A DNA stretch of 64,000 nt, taken from positions 25,762,159-25,826,158 of the forward strand of contig CM119264.1 in the NCBI GenBank assembly GCA_051294375.1, read 5' to 3'. A program made the translations under genes and the position numbers. The stretch is from Paraspadella gotoi. Its lineage: Eukaryota > Animalia > Chaetognatha. The notes beneath the pieces were generated by a model. It saw only the letters and a program-made list of their open reading frames with translations. It was not told the origin of the DNA and ran no database searches. Below, in pieces: positions 50,301-63,518 of this stretch. Position 1 is the first letter of the stretch, and the number at the start of each line of letters is the position of its first letter.

Positions 50301-53300
50301 ATTTTCGTTATTTAACAATAAATGATTTTATTTGTGAATTCGGATGCATTGGATCTTCGCGGCCGCCGGAGTTTGGGCTGCCGCCCATGAAGACTTTCCG
50401 CCCGAATCCGGAATTTTTTCCAGAGTTTCTCCGAAATTCTGAAAAAGCCTTGATTTAATGCAGCTCTCTGGGCGAATGAACAGCCCCACCCCTCTCAGAA
50501 CACGAGCCTCCACAGAGCGTTACGTGAGCTCATCACTACACACGAGGTCATTGTTAGCTGGAGTTGTATACAAAATAACGCAGGGAGGGTTAACGAAATG
50601 AATCCTTTTTCCTGAACCTACGGTTCTTTCACGAGTACAGACCATCAAGGACAATCTCCCAGGTAATTTAGTCTGAGTAGAGCACCACCGTCATGGAACA
50701 GTAGCAGAAGGGCCGGGGACAAGGCAGTAGCAAGGCTTAGATATTAGATCAAAGCAATTGAGTGCCCATATATTATTTACTGTTGATTATCATAAGGACT
50801 ATACCGGATAAAGACCGGCAATCCACGGCGATTAGTCGACGACGGATTATTCGAAAAATAGGATTAAATAGATAATAGACGATTGGTGCAACCGAGGCAG
50901 CAAATGCCCCATCATTGGTCAGAGATTCTCCAAAGTTGACTACCTCTGACCACTGATTAGGTAGTAGACTAATCATGAAAGGGATCCCTCCCCACCACGC
51001 ACGATGAACAAATCACGATTTCAATCCCCAGCCGTGTTTCCGTGAAGGCCTCAGAGTCCTCTCTTCCTGCTGATGTGACTTGGATTTATGTCTTGTGTTT
51101 ATCTTTGGTCGTGTCTGAGTTTCTGGGCTCAAAAGGATTCCCTCCGCGACCTTTGAGGTAATATTTTTTTTATTTTGTTGGCTTTCGCTCCCGTCCCAGC
51201 GGTAAAGACATCCGATCCGAGAGTACTCGACAATCTAAATTTCATTCACTTGTCCTTTTTAATAATCTGTTATCGGAATCTTTTTAGGAATAGTCTTAAC
51301 ACACTAAAGACTTTTTGGGCGGCCCTAGTCTTTAAAAAGTAATCTTCCATGCTCTATCATTCTCTCACTGTTTCTCTTGATCTCTTGTTAGAGACTAGAT
51401 CTTCTGACTAAGCATCTTTTGGGGCCTCTTAGTCTTTTCATATAAAGCACCCTGTTGATTATAACTCTGTAATGTTATTCCTTTGTATTCCTTTTTTATT
51501 GCTTTTAGAATAGTTTGAAAAAGAATCAACCTTTGGGCTTGTGCTTCTTAAAAAAAGGACGTTCTTTTGTGTTATTAATAGTTCTTTCTGATCCTTTTGA
51601 AATTAATACGTCTTGAAAAAACCTTTGGGGCATTTCAGCTTCCTCTTAAGAATCAGAACTTTTCGATTTGTTCTCTCTTTTTTTCCTTTTCGTTCTTGAG
51701 AAGACAAAGAGAGATCGATTTCAATGTAATTTTATTCTTTTTTTTTTTTTTTTGTTTCTAGGCAGAGGGTAGGTCTGAAAAGAGACGGCGCCAATATCCT
51801 CCGAATCTGAAAGTTTTGCCTTGTCTCTCTGGTTGCCCTGCTACCATTTTTATAGCATCTTTGGCCCCCTCCCGGGTTCCTTTTCTCCGATGTTCTTTTG
51901 AGGCCCTTTTATCTGTTGATTCTCGTGCTCTCGTTCTCCTCCTTCTTGTTCCTCCTGCTCCTTCGGTCCTCTCCGTTACGCCGTCGCCGCGTCCAGTTTT
52001 GGATTGCCTTTTGTTTATCTATTTCCTAGCCTCTTGGTTGTCCCTTCGGCGTCCCATCGCGTCTTTTTTGTATTCTAACTTCTAGTTGTACGTCCTTTGT
52101 ATCTACATGAGATGAAGCCGGATTACACTTGTTGCGGATCGCTAGTTGGCTTCTTTTCGTGTTTCTTGAGGGATCCGTCTGTGATAATTTCCACGGTTTC
52201 GACCCAGCTATAGAGACGACGTACTGTGATTCCGACTCTCTTTCCTATAACTTGTGAGGGCCTGAATATATCTCTAGCCCTTTTTTAACCTCTTATTTCC
52301 CGGTTGTCCCCGCCGTGGCCAGGTTCATTATCAAGATCTCGTCTGGCTAGGAACCAAGATCACCGACCTTGTTCTTACTCCGGTTCTTAAAATGGATTCC
52401 CTTTTCTGGCCCGATTGTTCTTTGTAAGAGTTTTGGTTCTTTGACTGGCCAGTTGCGCTTATCGGGACCTTCTTCTTGTTTGTGATCCGGCCTTTTGTTG
52501 TCCTGAGATGAACATCGGATAGGTTTCTCTCTTTTGTGAAATGTCTGCTGCTTTCTAACTTATTTCGCCTGCCAATACTGAGATTCTCATGTGGCGACAG
52601 TAGTCCCTGTCTTTCCAGCCAACTACTAAGGGGGTCCGCCGATAGTTGGAGAAGCAGCCATTAAGTGTGGGCAGGCTGTTCGAATGCCATCTGCTGTTGA
52701 TCATCCACAGCTTGAGCAGAGCTTGGCCGAATCGGGCCCTATGATCCTCTCTGGCCCTAGATTAAACTGCGAGTCATTTTCGCCCTACGAGGACGCGTCC
52801 TGCCAACGGTATCTGGTAGATCGAGTGATCCGATTTCACGAAAATTGGGCGCTGAACATGCGTCCTCGCCGTTTAGCGGTTTGTGTTGGCACCATCAAAA
52901 TTCCATCCCTTCCATGTAAGATCCCGTGCGATTTGGAGGGAAGATTTTTTTTTCGTCTAGGGTCGTTACTACAATTGCTGGCGGCAATCTGAGCCTCCGA
53001 ACGCATGGGAATCGCTCCCATAGGTATCGGGAGATGCGTATAGTCTGACCGACTACTAATAATACCGTAACTAATCCGGGACAACGTGCGGAAGGATGCA
53101 TGATGTCATGCTTTAAGTGTATCCCCAAGGGCGGTGATGGCAGAGGGTTTGCGGCTGACCGGCGTCTCAATTATGTTCATTTGTGTGTCTGTTGCTTATT
53201 GGGGCTAGGCAGGCTTGATCACCAAGAATTATCTGACCAATTTTTCGCTGGCAGCAGCCTGAGTACTACCAGGGGCCGCACAGGAGAATATACTGAGACG

Positions 53301-56300
53301 GGTGAGAACGTGTTCGATCCCATTCTCTTCGCGGGCCTGGGGTGTTCCAAAGTCGTTTTCATGAAACACGTTGGGCTAAATGATTCTCCAGTCCCCGCCT
53401 GTTTTGGGTGGTAGGACAGCTAAACTTTTTTTGTAGGCGGTGTCCGTCTCATTAAGGATCCTTTAATGATGAGGATGTCGTTGCGGTGATGTCCACGCAG
53501 CAGTCGTCCTAGGCAATTTGACAAGTTACCTTTCGGTGATCGTTATGAAGTTTTTGCATCATTTTCCCCCTTCGTTAAGTCTTGCCTCGCCCTGTTTACT
53601 CGCGGATCGCCCTTCTTCTAAGGCGTGTCGATGCATAGGTTTGAAAAGATTCGTCCTCACTTTGCCCACTTTCTTCTGTTCGGTGGCAGAGCGGGCGGAA
53701 CGAGTTCAGAGGCCGTTTTTTCTTTATATTCCCCTCGTGGTCTCAGTATTTTCCATGGCTACGTCTCTCTTGGCTTCTCCTGTCGGCACTCAGGACGTCG
53801 GGCTCGAGGGTGCTATCTAAATCATGAGCTCTTGATGGGCGCCTGGCTTCCCACCAACCTCTATGGTGTGAGAGGTTTGGGCCAAGTTGGCGTCTGTGGG
53901 ATTTCCGGTGGCCTACTGCTTTTCCGAGAGGTTAGATGAAATCATGTGGGAGTTCGTCCAATGTCTCCGGGGTCTGTAGCTGCCCTGAAAAATCCTTCGG
54001 CCTTGTCTGCGTCCGGTATTCTCTTGAGTGGAGTCCAAATTTTTATAATTTTTGGATGGTCCTAGGTTGACCCAAGGATCGAGCGGGGTGGTCCGGTTCT
54101 CATCATCGGACTAAGCCTGAACTTCCGCAGTTATTGTTCTGAATATTTTAGGTGTCCTTTTTGTATTGCTGGGGGAACCATTACATAATTTCTACTTCTC
54201 GTCCCCCTCTCGATCACTTGCAACTCTGCTCTCTCCTTGGTCGGACATGCTTCCATGCCTATCCATAACTTATTCGGTTATCCATCGCTTCAGTCCTGAG
54301 ACCATTCCTAAATTCTTCATGGGTGACTCCAGATCGCTCCCCAGTCTTTGGCCTGAATATGGTCCTGATAGGTGTTCCAGATCCTTTTGTTCCCTGAGCT
54401 TTCGCCATATAATTCTTTCGTATGTTGCCAGGCCTTGCTTTGTGTAAGATTTTTTGTCTCACGAAACGCTCGACTCTACAGAACATTTTCCCCTCCCTGA
54501 GGCTTTGGCATCTTCCGCCCTTACCAACACCATCCCTGCTTTTTCGCCTCTCCACTAATGCTAGTGTTTGGGCGAGTCCCGCAATGGAGCTCCAGGTGTT
54601 CTGGGTTTGCTCTGGTCGTACTACATAGGGTTTGTCTTGCAAAACCCCTGCTTCGTCAATTTCGGTCACAAACTCTATCTTCTATCGATCGCCGTATAAC
54701 CCGCCATCAAAGCCCGGCTGGGAAGCAAAGGGTGTGTCGAAAGGCGTCACTGCCCCTGATCGTGATCGAGTTAAAAAAATCCGCTGGATTTCTTCACTCC
54801 TTTGACCGACGGATAAACCTCTTGATGAGCTGGCATTCCTGTTTGATCTCTGTTATCCACGACTCAGCACGTTGACTGTTTGTGGGGTAACGAGCTGTCT
54901 GTGCTGTCGTGCTGTAGATAGATCGCATCCACCCCTGAAAATACTCGTGAATCTGTGATTAAGAGTGACGTTTCGTCCGAGGGTGTAACCTTGGAACTTA
55001 CGAACCATCATATGAAAAGCGAGCGTTTCTAGGATATACGTTCGATATGCTTTAATCCTATAATTACCACTGTCTTCTGTCCGGGAAACGCTTTCGGAAT
55101 GGAATGATAATGGATTATTCCGACACATGAACGACTCGGATTCATCTGCCCGGGCGGTAATTTAAGTTGTACCGCCATTCGGCGCTATCGTGCTGTCGAG
55201 GCGAGTCAGCATAAATCTCCTATATGACTCCCATAGCCTGATCCTTGCCGTCATTAGAAGGCAAGTTTAGTCCTCAGATGATTGACGTTACTCTTCGACA
55301 CGCGCGCAATGCTGCAAGCCTTCACATTGCCGCTAGGTTAGCCTTGAAACTGCCTTTTGTCCCAGATAGGGTGAGGGCGTGAAGGCTGGGGGATGTAGGG
55401 GAGAGGAAACGATGTGTGAAGCACTGTAGTAGCTTTAGTGATGCTAGAACATTGCTGCACTGGTTCCTTTTTTTTGCGTTTGAGCGGTCCTTCAGCTTGA
55501 CCTTCGACGGGCAATCAAAGCTTTTCCTCTGTGGTAATGTAGCTTGCTTTTGGGAGAGATGCTGAAGCCCCATAGTCGCGGATTTTGATGTCTTCCTTGC
55601 GCAATCAACAGGCCACCTTTTTCGGGTCCATTCTGAGGACTATCTTACTGATTCTCGTCCCTGCATCCTCTTGTAGGGAGATCAACGTAGCCTTTGGAGC
55701 CATGTCCTCCTGAGATTTGCTGTCAGATCAGAGTCATCCACGACCGCCCAATTATACATCCAGAGAAACTTTTTCACGGTCCGGTCCCCAGGTCCTTGGA
55801 GAGTTTCGTCCAGAATATGCCTGGAGGAGTTGGACGGTGGGGTTTGTATCGAGCCTGTTTACTCCCCGATTCCCATGGGCAGAGACTTGTTCATAACCAC
55901 CCAGTTTGTGGGGCCACGGGTCAGGCAGGCTCCCAGCAAAAGGTTGTAACTGGTTTGCATCGGTCTGAAGGAAGATTGGACACACTGGTGGAATCAATCC
56001 AAGGATATACCCACTGAACATTGAGGTTCGTATGTGTTTTCCCACCTGGTTCCACTTATATACTGTTCCAGTATTTGACGCTAGGTCTGGCGGTGTGTGT
56101 CCGCTAATAATGCGGATCAATATTTGTTATGTAGTGAGAGAGGACTGGTCCATATCGACCTTGAGTATCTCACATAGGATTTATCACTCGCCAGAATATG
56201 AGGATTTAGCAATATGGGTTTCGTCGTTCATTTCAATTTGGTATCTTGCCTTCGGCTTGTTTTCTCGATATGTTCCTGGTTTTTTTGATGCGATGTAATC

Positions 56301-56987
56301 AGGTTGTTGCTGCCTTTATTTCTCTCCGCACACCTGCCTTTTTTTTTTAAATAAATTAAGCCTCTTGTTCCTTTTCCCTTGAGACGATGTCCAGTCTCAT
56401 TTCCACAAATTTCCAGATATCTCTGTGTTTGATGTGTGCGTGATTATTCCCTTTTCGACAGGGATCCGCTGTACATTGGGGTGAATTTTTGGTTTTAGAG
56501 GAGATTCCTACCCATAAGATGTAACCCCAGGTCCTCCTCTGTACGTTCTTGTATTTTTTAATGCTATTGTGGTTTTAAAACTGTCATAAGATTTTTTTGG
56601 AATCCCCGTTTCTTTTAGTCATTTATAATGATCGGATGTTCTATTCACAAATAACGTATTTTTTTTCTCGACTCGCGGTTTTTTTTCATACTACTCGACT
56701 ACCCATACCTCTCGAAACGCCTCCCATGACAAAAGACTTGAGACCTTTTTTTTCCCTGAGGGCATAGGTCGACCGTACCTATAAAATGGCCTCTTAGATC
56801 AAAGCTTCTGTTTCCCCGGGTCGTAACGTAGCGCTTTGTTTTCTTCTTATTTCGAGCTTTCCTACCTAACTAAAGCAAGCATCGTAATATGTCGTCACTT
56901 TTAGGCGCTATACTGATGTATATCTGGTTTTATCATGGTCTTGTTTGCTTTTGGGATGTCGACCTTTCTGACCCGTTTTCTGAGCGA
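41320..56987 (+). repeat. Copy 2 of the duplication (likely artefact)
   Basis: Identical ORF translations recur at constant offsets, e.g. 25371/41764, 27712/44048 and 39696/56032. Confidence 0.95.
52136..55436 (-). mobile_element. Second copy of the Gypsy pol region (assembly duplicate, offset +16336)
   Basis: Sequence matches 35800-39100, and the ORF-track translations recur identically at +16336. Confidence 0.6.
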
Positions 56988-58689
56988 NNNNNNNNNNNNN
57001 NNNNNNNNNNNNAAAAAAATTGTTGACGGAAAAACGTCAAACGCCCTCGGGCGGCGAAGCAACGAAAATGACCAAAACGCGTGGGGTCAGAGCGACACGC
57101 GGCAGGGGGCGCGCAATTTATTTCCGTTCAAAACGTTTTTATGGATTTAGGGGCGAAAAACCTTTTTTTCTCTTTTTGTGGAAAATAAAAAAAAAAATAA
57201 AACGAGAAATAGGGAAACATCGCTTTCGAAATAAGTGAAAGAAAAACAGTACGTCAGTGACGAGGGAAAAAAGATATTGTTTGGTGCAAAAACAAAAAAA
57301 CAAAAACGACACACGAAAAAAAAACCCAACCTAATTGGTTTTTTAAAGAAAACACACTTTTTTTGTAAAACGAGTTGTCGATTTTCAGAAGAAACAGATA
57401 TTGAAGAAATTGGTAGCAAAAAAAAACAAACAAATAAAGAAAAATAACGAACGAATCTCGTTTAGTTTAAAAGAAAAAGTCTTTCGTTCTGATAAGTAGA
57501 CTTGTTCCTTTCCCGAGAAAAAAAAATAAATGGGTAAAAACTAAGAAGAAAAAAAAGGAGACAAAAGAAAAAAAGGGAAAAAACGGAAAAGGAGGAACAA
57601 ATTTTGTTTCGTCGTAAAGGCGACTCTCGGGGATTCCAACCAAAGTAGCAAAACAAAAAAACGAAAACAAAGNNNNNNNNNNNNNNNNNNNNNNNNNNNN
57701 NNNNNNNNNNNNNNNNNNNNNNNNNNNNNNNNNNNNNNNNNNNNNNNNNNNNNNNNNNNNNNNNNNNNNNNNNNNNNNNNNNNNNNNNNNNNNNNNNNNN
57801 NNNNNNNNNNNNNNNNNNNNNNNNNNNNNNNNNNNNNNNNNNNNNNNNNNNNNNNNNNAAAAAAAGGGAGGCGTGTCTGTTGGGACCCTACCGCGCTGCG
57901 GAGCGCCACGCAGCGTTACCGCGCAGCACCAATAAAGAAAGGTGAGAAGAAATGAATGTCGCGCTGCAGAGACAAAGATGACAACAGACAAACAGAGAAG
58001 GTGACGTCCGGTGGGAAGAGGAGAAAGGAGAGAAGAATAAAAAGGAAAAGAGAAATTATAAAGAAAAACAGGATAAAAGAAAAGAAAGGGCCAGTGATGA
58101 ACGACTCTCATATTTGAAAAATGAGGGTAAAAAGGCAATAATATTGAAAAAAAATTGAATTTAACAACCCAAAGTCAAATAGCGTGCGCCGCACAGAATA
58201 ACAGAATCAACGTTACTAGGTTTTATTGGAATTTCAACAATTTGAAGACAGCATCACGTAGGAATGAAAGCAGAAAAGTATTACTTCGATTACAGATAGA
58301 ATAAAAGTATTTTATTGAATGAAACTAGGATATATTTTTGTTTTCTTAAAAAAACGTGAATTGTGATCCCCTTTTAAAAAGTACAGCACCGCTTTCAAAA
58401 ATGGCGCCACAAGGCGAGAGATGAAAAGACGGCAGAGGTCAGCACCAAAACGGAACGAAAGAAAAAAAAATATAGAAAACACGCAAAGTCCTATAGTGAC
58501 AACATTAGTAAACGAAAAAAAAAGATTAATTCAAAAAACCATAGCAAAGAAGGACAGATCTCTTCAGCCCACGACCAAACTACTAATTAGACTTTGACAG
58601 TCGCCTCACGCGCTTGAAATGCCCACGACGACCGAAGGAACAACAGAAATACAGGAAACTACAACGACAACGACAACAACGACGACAAC

Positions 58690-58807
58690 GCGCCCGCGTA
58701 GAAGATTGGATCTTCGTTCTCTTATTCCTCTGAGAATCAAAGATGCTGCACTCGAATTTCCAGGCTTCAAATCTCCCCCGCCGACTTTGTTTTCGGATGA
58801 CCCCACT
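58690..58807 (-). CDS. Candidate Ig exon covering the E and F strands (noisy copies at ~28230-28425 and ~44566-44761)
   Basis: Acceptor ttcag|, phase-compatible with the 59694 donor, reads VGSSENKVGGGDLKPGNSSAASLILRGIR. Combining it by eye with the noisy copy (gacgaagatctcaatctct[g]acgcg[g]tgcgtc) gives SLILRGIRDEDLNLYAC(V), the Ig S-L-x-L-xxx-D-xxx-Y-x-C motif. Confidence 0.55.
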
Positions 58808-59693
58808 CTGAACATAAATACTATGCTTTACTTTTATTGCTGACCATTGCAATGCCTCTCAGAGTGAACTGTTTATCGTCACTCGGTGCGATCCTTCCGA
58901 CTTTCTGTTCAGCACCCATTTTCCTCTCTCGTCGTCCTTTACTCACCATCTGAAAATGGGGGGGGGGCTGCATCTCCGACTACTCGACGTCAACCACGCC
59001 CACAACTTTTTTTCCTCTCTCGCATCCGCCAGTTGCACCTGCGCCCGGCATCTCCTTAGCCATCTCCAACCCTCTTCTCCCCCGATCTCCTTCTGCGACC
59101 GAAAATATCTGATGTCGACCTACTTATCTCGTCAGCTGCCTTATTTAACCTCTTGGCATTTAATCCTTTCCTCTTTTCCTTCTTCTTTCTTCTTTCTTCT
59201 TTCTCTCCGCCTTGTCTTTTGTTTTTTTTCATTTGCTATCTTCTCCCAGGGAGGAAGAAACAGGGAAAAATATTAGAGGCAATAGTGTCAATAGTATAAC
59301 ATAAAAACTGTATATCTTTTTAAATACTAACATGATTTTTATGTTACAAAAAGTTTTTTTTAACTGTTTTTGGTTAACAAATCATTTAGAAATTCATAGA
59401 AATACGTAATATTTACCCCTGGCAAATTCTCTGCATTCCTATCATCTATCTCCCTTACTTTGTCCTACTTATACTTAGATTTGATCATCATTAATTCGCC
59501 CGCAACGCTTAACCCCATTAATTCTATTCTTATATTTCATCTCCACACGAAACTTACTTTTGGCTTCTCCGAACTTATTTGACTTCCTTCAAAGACATTC
59601 CTCACTTTCCTCGTGACCTCATCCCTTTTAACCCCAAACGCCCTTCTCGAACACTCCCATCCCCTTAAGGTCCCACTCCCAATTCACTCTCAC

Positions 59694-59851
59694 CTCATTT
59701 GCGTCCGGGGTTTCGCCGGCGTCAGCGTTTCCTTTTTCATCCGGAACGTGATCTCGATCCCGGATGTAACTGGAGTAACGTGTTGCTGCTTCGTTTCCTT
59801 AGGGTAAGCGAGAATCGCGGTGTCCCCGTTTGCGAATTCCCAGAAGATGTC
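59694..59851 (-). CDS. Candidate upstream Ig exon of the same gene (noisy copies at ~29733-29952 and ~46069-46288)
   Basis: A pyrimidine (CCT)n tract and cag| acceptor precede an open 158-nt frame, DIFWEFANGDTAILAYPKETKQQHVTPVTSGIEITFRMKKETLTPAKPRTQM, followed by the donor AG|gtgaga. 'IFW' fits the Ig C-strand Trp. The exon lies in deletion-prone sequence, so individual residues are uncertain. Confidence 0.55.
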
Positions 59852-61670
59852 CTGAGGAGGAGGAGGAGCAGGGGGGAGGGAAAGGAGGAGGAGGAGGAGG
59901 AGGAAGAGCAGGAAGTAATTGAAGTACTTCAATAAACAAGGATCTGTTAATAGTTAAGAAATAGTTACAAACAATATATAAAAACTCAGCATTCTTTCAA
60001 TGAGAAATCTTGCCATGACATTGGACACAATGGACAGACTATGGTGGGTTAATATGCATCCAGCCCTTTGTTCTCATCTGAGTTTTTTCCTTTGTTTTCT
60101 ATCTTTTGTTTTTGTTTTTCCGCTTCTGGTTTTGGTCTCGTCAGATTTTTGTTTTGGATTTTTCCGATCGACCGTTTTTTGTTTTTCCATTTTTTGACAA
60201 CTTTTGAAATTGCGATTGTTTCAGTTTTTGCCGTCTGTGTCTTCTTCGTCATCGTGGTCGTCGTCGTCGTCGTCGCTCTCGTCTTCCTCATTTCACGTTT
60301 TCTGAAGCCATCATCTTAATCGTCGTCGTTTTGCCTCAGATAATTTTATTTTAATTTAATTTAATTTAATTTTTCCCTTCTTTTGATTTTCTGAGCTGCG
60401 AAACTCGTCAATCGTCGACACGTGATAATATAACGTGACGTCAAGTGACGTCACAAAAGCGAAATCTCGCAAATTGAATTCAATTAAAGATTTTTTTTTT
60501 TTCACATTCAGTTGGGGGATTTTTTATTAGGTCGGTTTGTCGATCCGTCGGAAGTTCGTTTTACGGTCGATTGAATGGAACCCAACTCTAGTTGGTTGTT
60601 CTTTCAGTCTTTTGGTTTGTGGCTTAGTCGTTTTATTTTACAATATTACTAGTATTTAAAAAAAATCCGAATCATTTTTAAAAACTTATCAAGTGATGTT
60701 AAAAATTTCTGCTTAAAATTTAATACATAATAGATGGTTAGGCTCCCAATAAAAAGCTAAATGAATTTTTTTTTTATTTGGTGGTAAAAAGAAACAACGA
60801 TGACACAATAATTATATTATATAAAATTTACAAGAAGAAGCCTATGAAAACTTAATTAAAAATGATTACCTAATAAACATAATATATGGCCATGTTAAGC
60901 TGGGTGATTGCAAGACTCAATCTCAGCTGTTCGATGACGTCATGGTCGCAACATCAAATCTTTTTCCTTTTAACCCCATCATTATTTTCTGCCACTAACT
61001 CTTCAAGAGAAATCGTTTACAACCTCAGACACGCCGACTCGACCACAAATGGATTGTCTCACTTCCCCGGAGAGAAATTGTTCACTGTTACGGACCACAA
61101 GTGCAGCGGCGTCTTTTTCTCTCCACTGAATCCCGTACCACATTATCTTCTTCTCTTCTCCACTAAATACCACAGTCATCACTTCTCAGTCCCCAGCGTA
61201 CCCACCACAGCTCCCTTACGCTTCTTTCCACTCTTCCGCACTCGACACCACACCGGTCGGGATTGAGGTAATCCATCAATAAATCTCCCCCTTTTTTTTC
61301 TCCAACGGTTTTATCCTTTAAACGACGTCTCTCTTTCTTTTTTATTTCTTTCTTTCTTTCTATCGTTATTTCTTTTCATTTCTTCCTTTAGATCTTTCCT
61401 TCTTANNNNNNNNNNTGAGAAATATTTTTTTGAATGATCTTTACGAAAGTACGAATGTCTAATTTACTAATATTTTACGCGATATTTTCTCGTCTACGTT
61501 TGGTGCGAGTGAGAACAAAACGTATCCACGCATTTAGGAAAACTTCGTCTAAACGAAAAATTTGAGATCATAACTCAAATCGACTTTTCGGAAACCATTT
61601 ATCAACCGAATGTAGCGAGTGGGAGAGAAAAGCGAAACGATCCTTCCTTTGTAGGAGAATGGTTTATGCT

Positions 61671-61704
<34 letters not shown>

Positions 61705-62101
61705 CCTGTCTCTCTCTCACTCTCTCTCTCTGTCTCTCTCCCTCTCTCTCTCACTTTCTATCTCTCCCTTTCTTATCCTTTCTTTTCTATTTTCCTAAAA
61801 TTGACATTTGCAGTCAAAGAAAAAGGAAAAAAGGGAAAGAAGGAACAAAAAACTTAAAGAAAAATGTAAACTCGTAAAGAAAAGAAGAAGAAAAAAATGA
61901 AAAATGGATAGAAAAAGAAAAATTCGATTATGGATTAAGAGAAATTTATCCGTCGCACGCGCTCGCTCTCAATCAAGTTTCTTGGGTCTCTCGCTCTCAA
62001 TCTCGTTTTTTTACTCACTCGCTCCCAAGTATTTAGAGTCTCACGCTCTCATTCTCACTTACTGTGCCTTGTTACTTTAAAAACCCTCTCAAACCAAATG
62101 T

Positions 62102-62133
<32 letters not shown>

Positions 62134-63323
62134 NNNNNNNNNNNNNNNNNNNNNNNNNNNNNNNNNNNNNNNNNNNNNNNNNNNNNNNNNNNNNNNNNNN
62201 NNNNNNNNNNNNNNNNNNNNNNNNNNNNNNNNNNNNNNNNNNNNNNNNNNNNNNNNNNNNNNNNNNNNNNNNNNNNNNNNNNNNNNNNNNNNNNNNNNNN
62301 NNNNNNNNNNNNNNNNNNNNNNNNNNNNNNNNNNNNNNNNNNNNNNNNNNNNNNNNNNNNNNNNNNNNNNNNNNNNNNNNNNNNNNNNNNNNNNNNNNNN
62401 NNNNNNNNNNNNNNNNNNNNNNNGCACTTGGATGTGCCTCTTCTTCTGAAGAATGATAGAAATAAAGCGAGAGAGATAGAGAGAGAATAAAGAGAGAAGA
62501 AAGAGAGANNNNNNNNNNNNNNNNNNNNNNNNNNNNNNNNNNNNNNNNNNNNNNNNNNNNNNNNNNNNNNNNNNNNNNNNNNNNNNNNNNNNNNNNNNNN
62601 NNNNNNNNNNNNNNNNNNNNNNNNNNNNNNNNNNNNNNNNNNNNNNNNNNNNNNNNNNNNNNNNNNNNNNNNNNNNNNNNNNNNNNNNNNNNNNNNNNNN
62701 GAGAGAGAGAGAGAGAGAGAGAGAAATAGGAAAGGGAACCAAATGCCCAAGTGGCATCTGCGGAATGAGGTATGGGATAAGCGTGAAGAGGCCCGAGGTC
62801 GTTGAGCCGACCGTGCAGAGCGGGCTGTTTGCGGAAAAGTTAAAATATATATTATACAACATTTCCTGTATAAGGAGGAATATCACGAGTGCTTTTCAAA
62901 TCTTCCGTCTGTCGTTCACTTGATGGAAAATTAAATAGTCAACGTTTACATTTACACATCATGTAAAGAAAGTAAAAATTAGTTTGTATTACTTCTTTTT
63001 AAAATTAGTTAAGAAAGACGATGNNNNNNNNNNNNNNNNNNNNNNNNNNNNNNNNNNNNNNNNNNNNNNNNNNNNNNNNNNNNNNNNNNNNNNNNNNNNN
63101 NNNNNNNNNNNNNNNNNNNNNNNNNNNNNNNNNNNNNNNNNNNNNNNNNNNNNNNNNNNNNNNNNNNNNNNNNNNNNNNNNNNNNNNNNNNNNNNNNNNN
63201 NNNNNNNNNNNNNNNNNNNNNNNNNNNNNNNNNNNNNNNNNNNNNNNNNNNNGTCGCGCGTCTCTCTGCGACTCGGAGATAAATCTCACTTAAAATTCCG
63301 TAAAACCTCTTTGCGTCTCTCGA

Positions 63324-63394
<71 letters not shown>

Positions 63395-63426
63395 CTTCAA
63401 GAGAGAAGATATTTCTCTGCCCGCAG

Positions 63427-63518
63427 GACACAAGGGATGAAAAGGTGGATGTCGCTGGCGTTGTTGTGTTTTCGGTTGTTGAAGTTGTTCCTTTGTCACT
63501 GGCACGAGCGGAGATAAG
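63427..63518 (+). CDS. Candidate 92-nt exon, strand uncertain
   Basis: tttctctgcccgcag|DTRDEKVDVAGVVVFSVVEVVPLSLARAEI..AG|gtataa. An open minus-strand frame also overlaps it. Confidence 0.25.

Larger units (their letters stand above)
57013..61405 (+). repeat. Third, deletion-rich copy of ~25690-33390
   Basis: Collinear shared anchors such as cgtcgtaaa(a)ggcgac, gtcactcggtgcgatcc, tactcgacgtcaaccacg, gatgtaactggag and atcccgtaccacattatcttc, but the span is ~4.4 kb instead of ~7.7 kb. Confidence 0.9.

Noticed and set aside
24927-61405. Dscam-like array of duplicated alternative Ig exons, or a real segmental triplication
   Set aside because: The copies share or mirror sequencing-error patterns and are delimited by 25-N fill gaps, so artefact is far more likely.
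62740-62824. Minus-strand exon (PALHGRLNDLGPLHAYPIPHSADATWAF or PLCTVGSTTSGLFTLIPYLIPQ)
   Set aside because: The acceptor is plausible but the donor is poor (gttccc), and frame and strand are ambiguous. Not enough to call, though not excluded.
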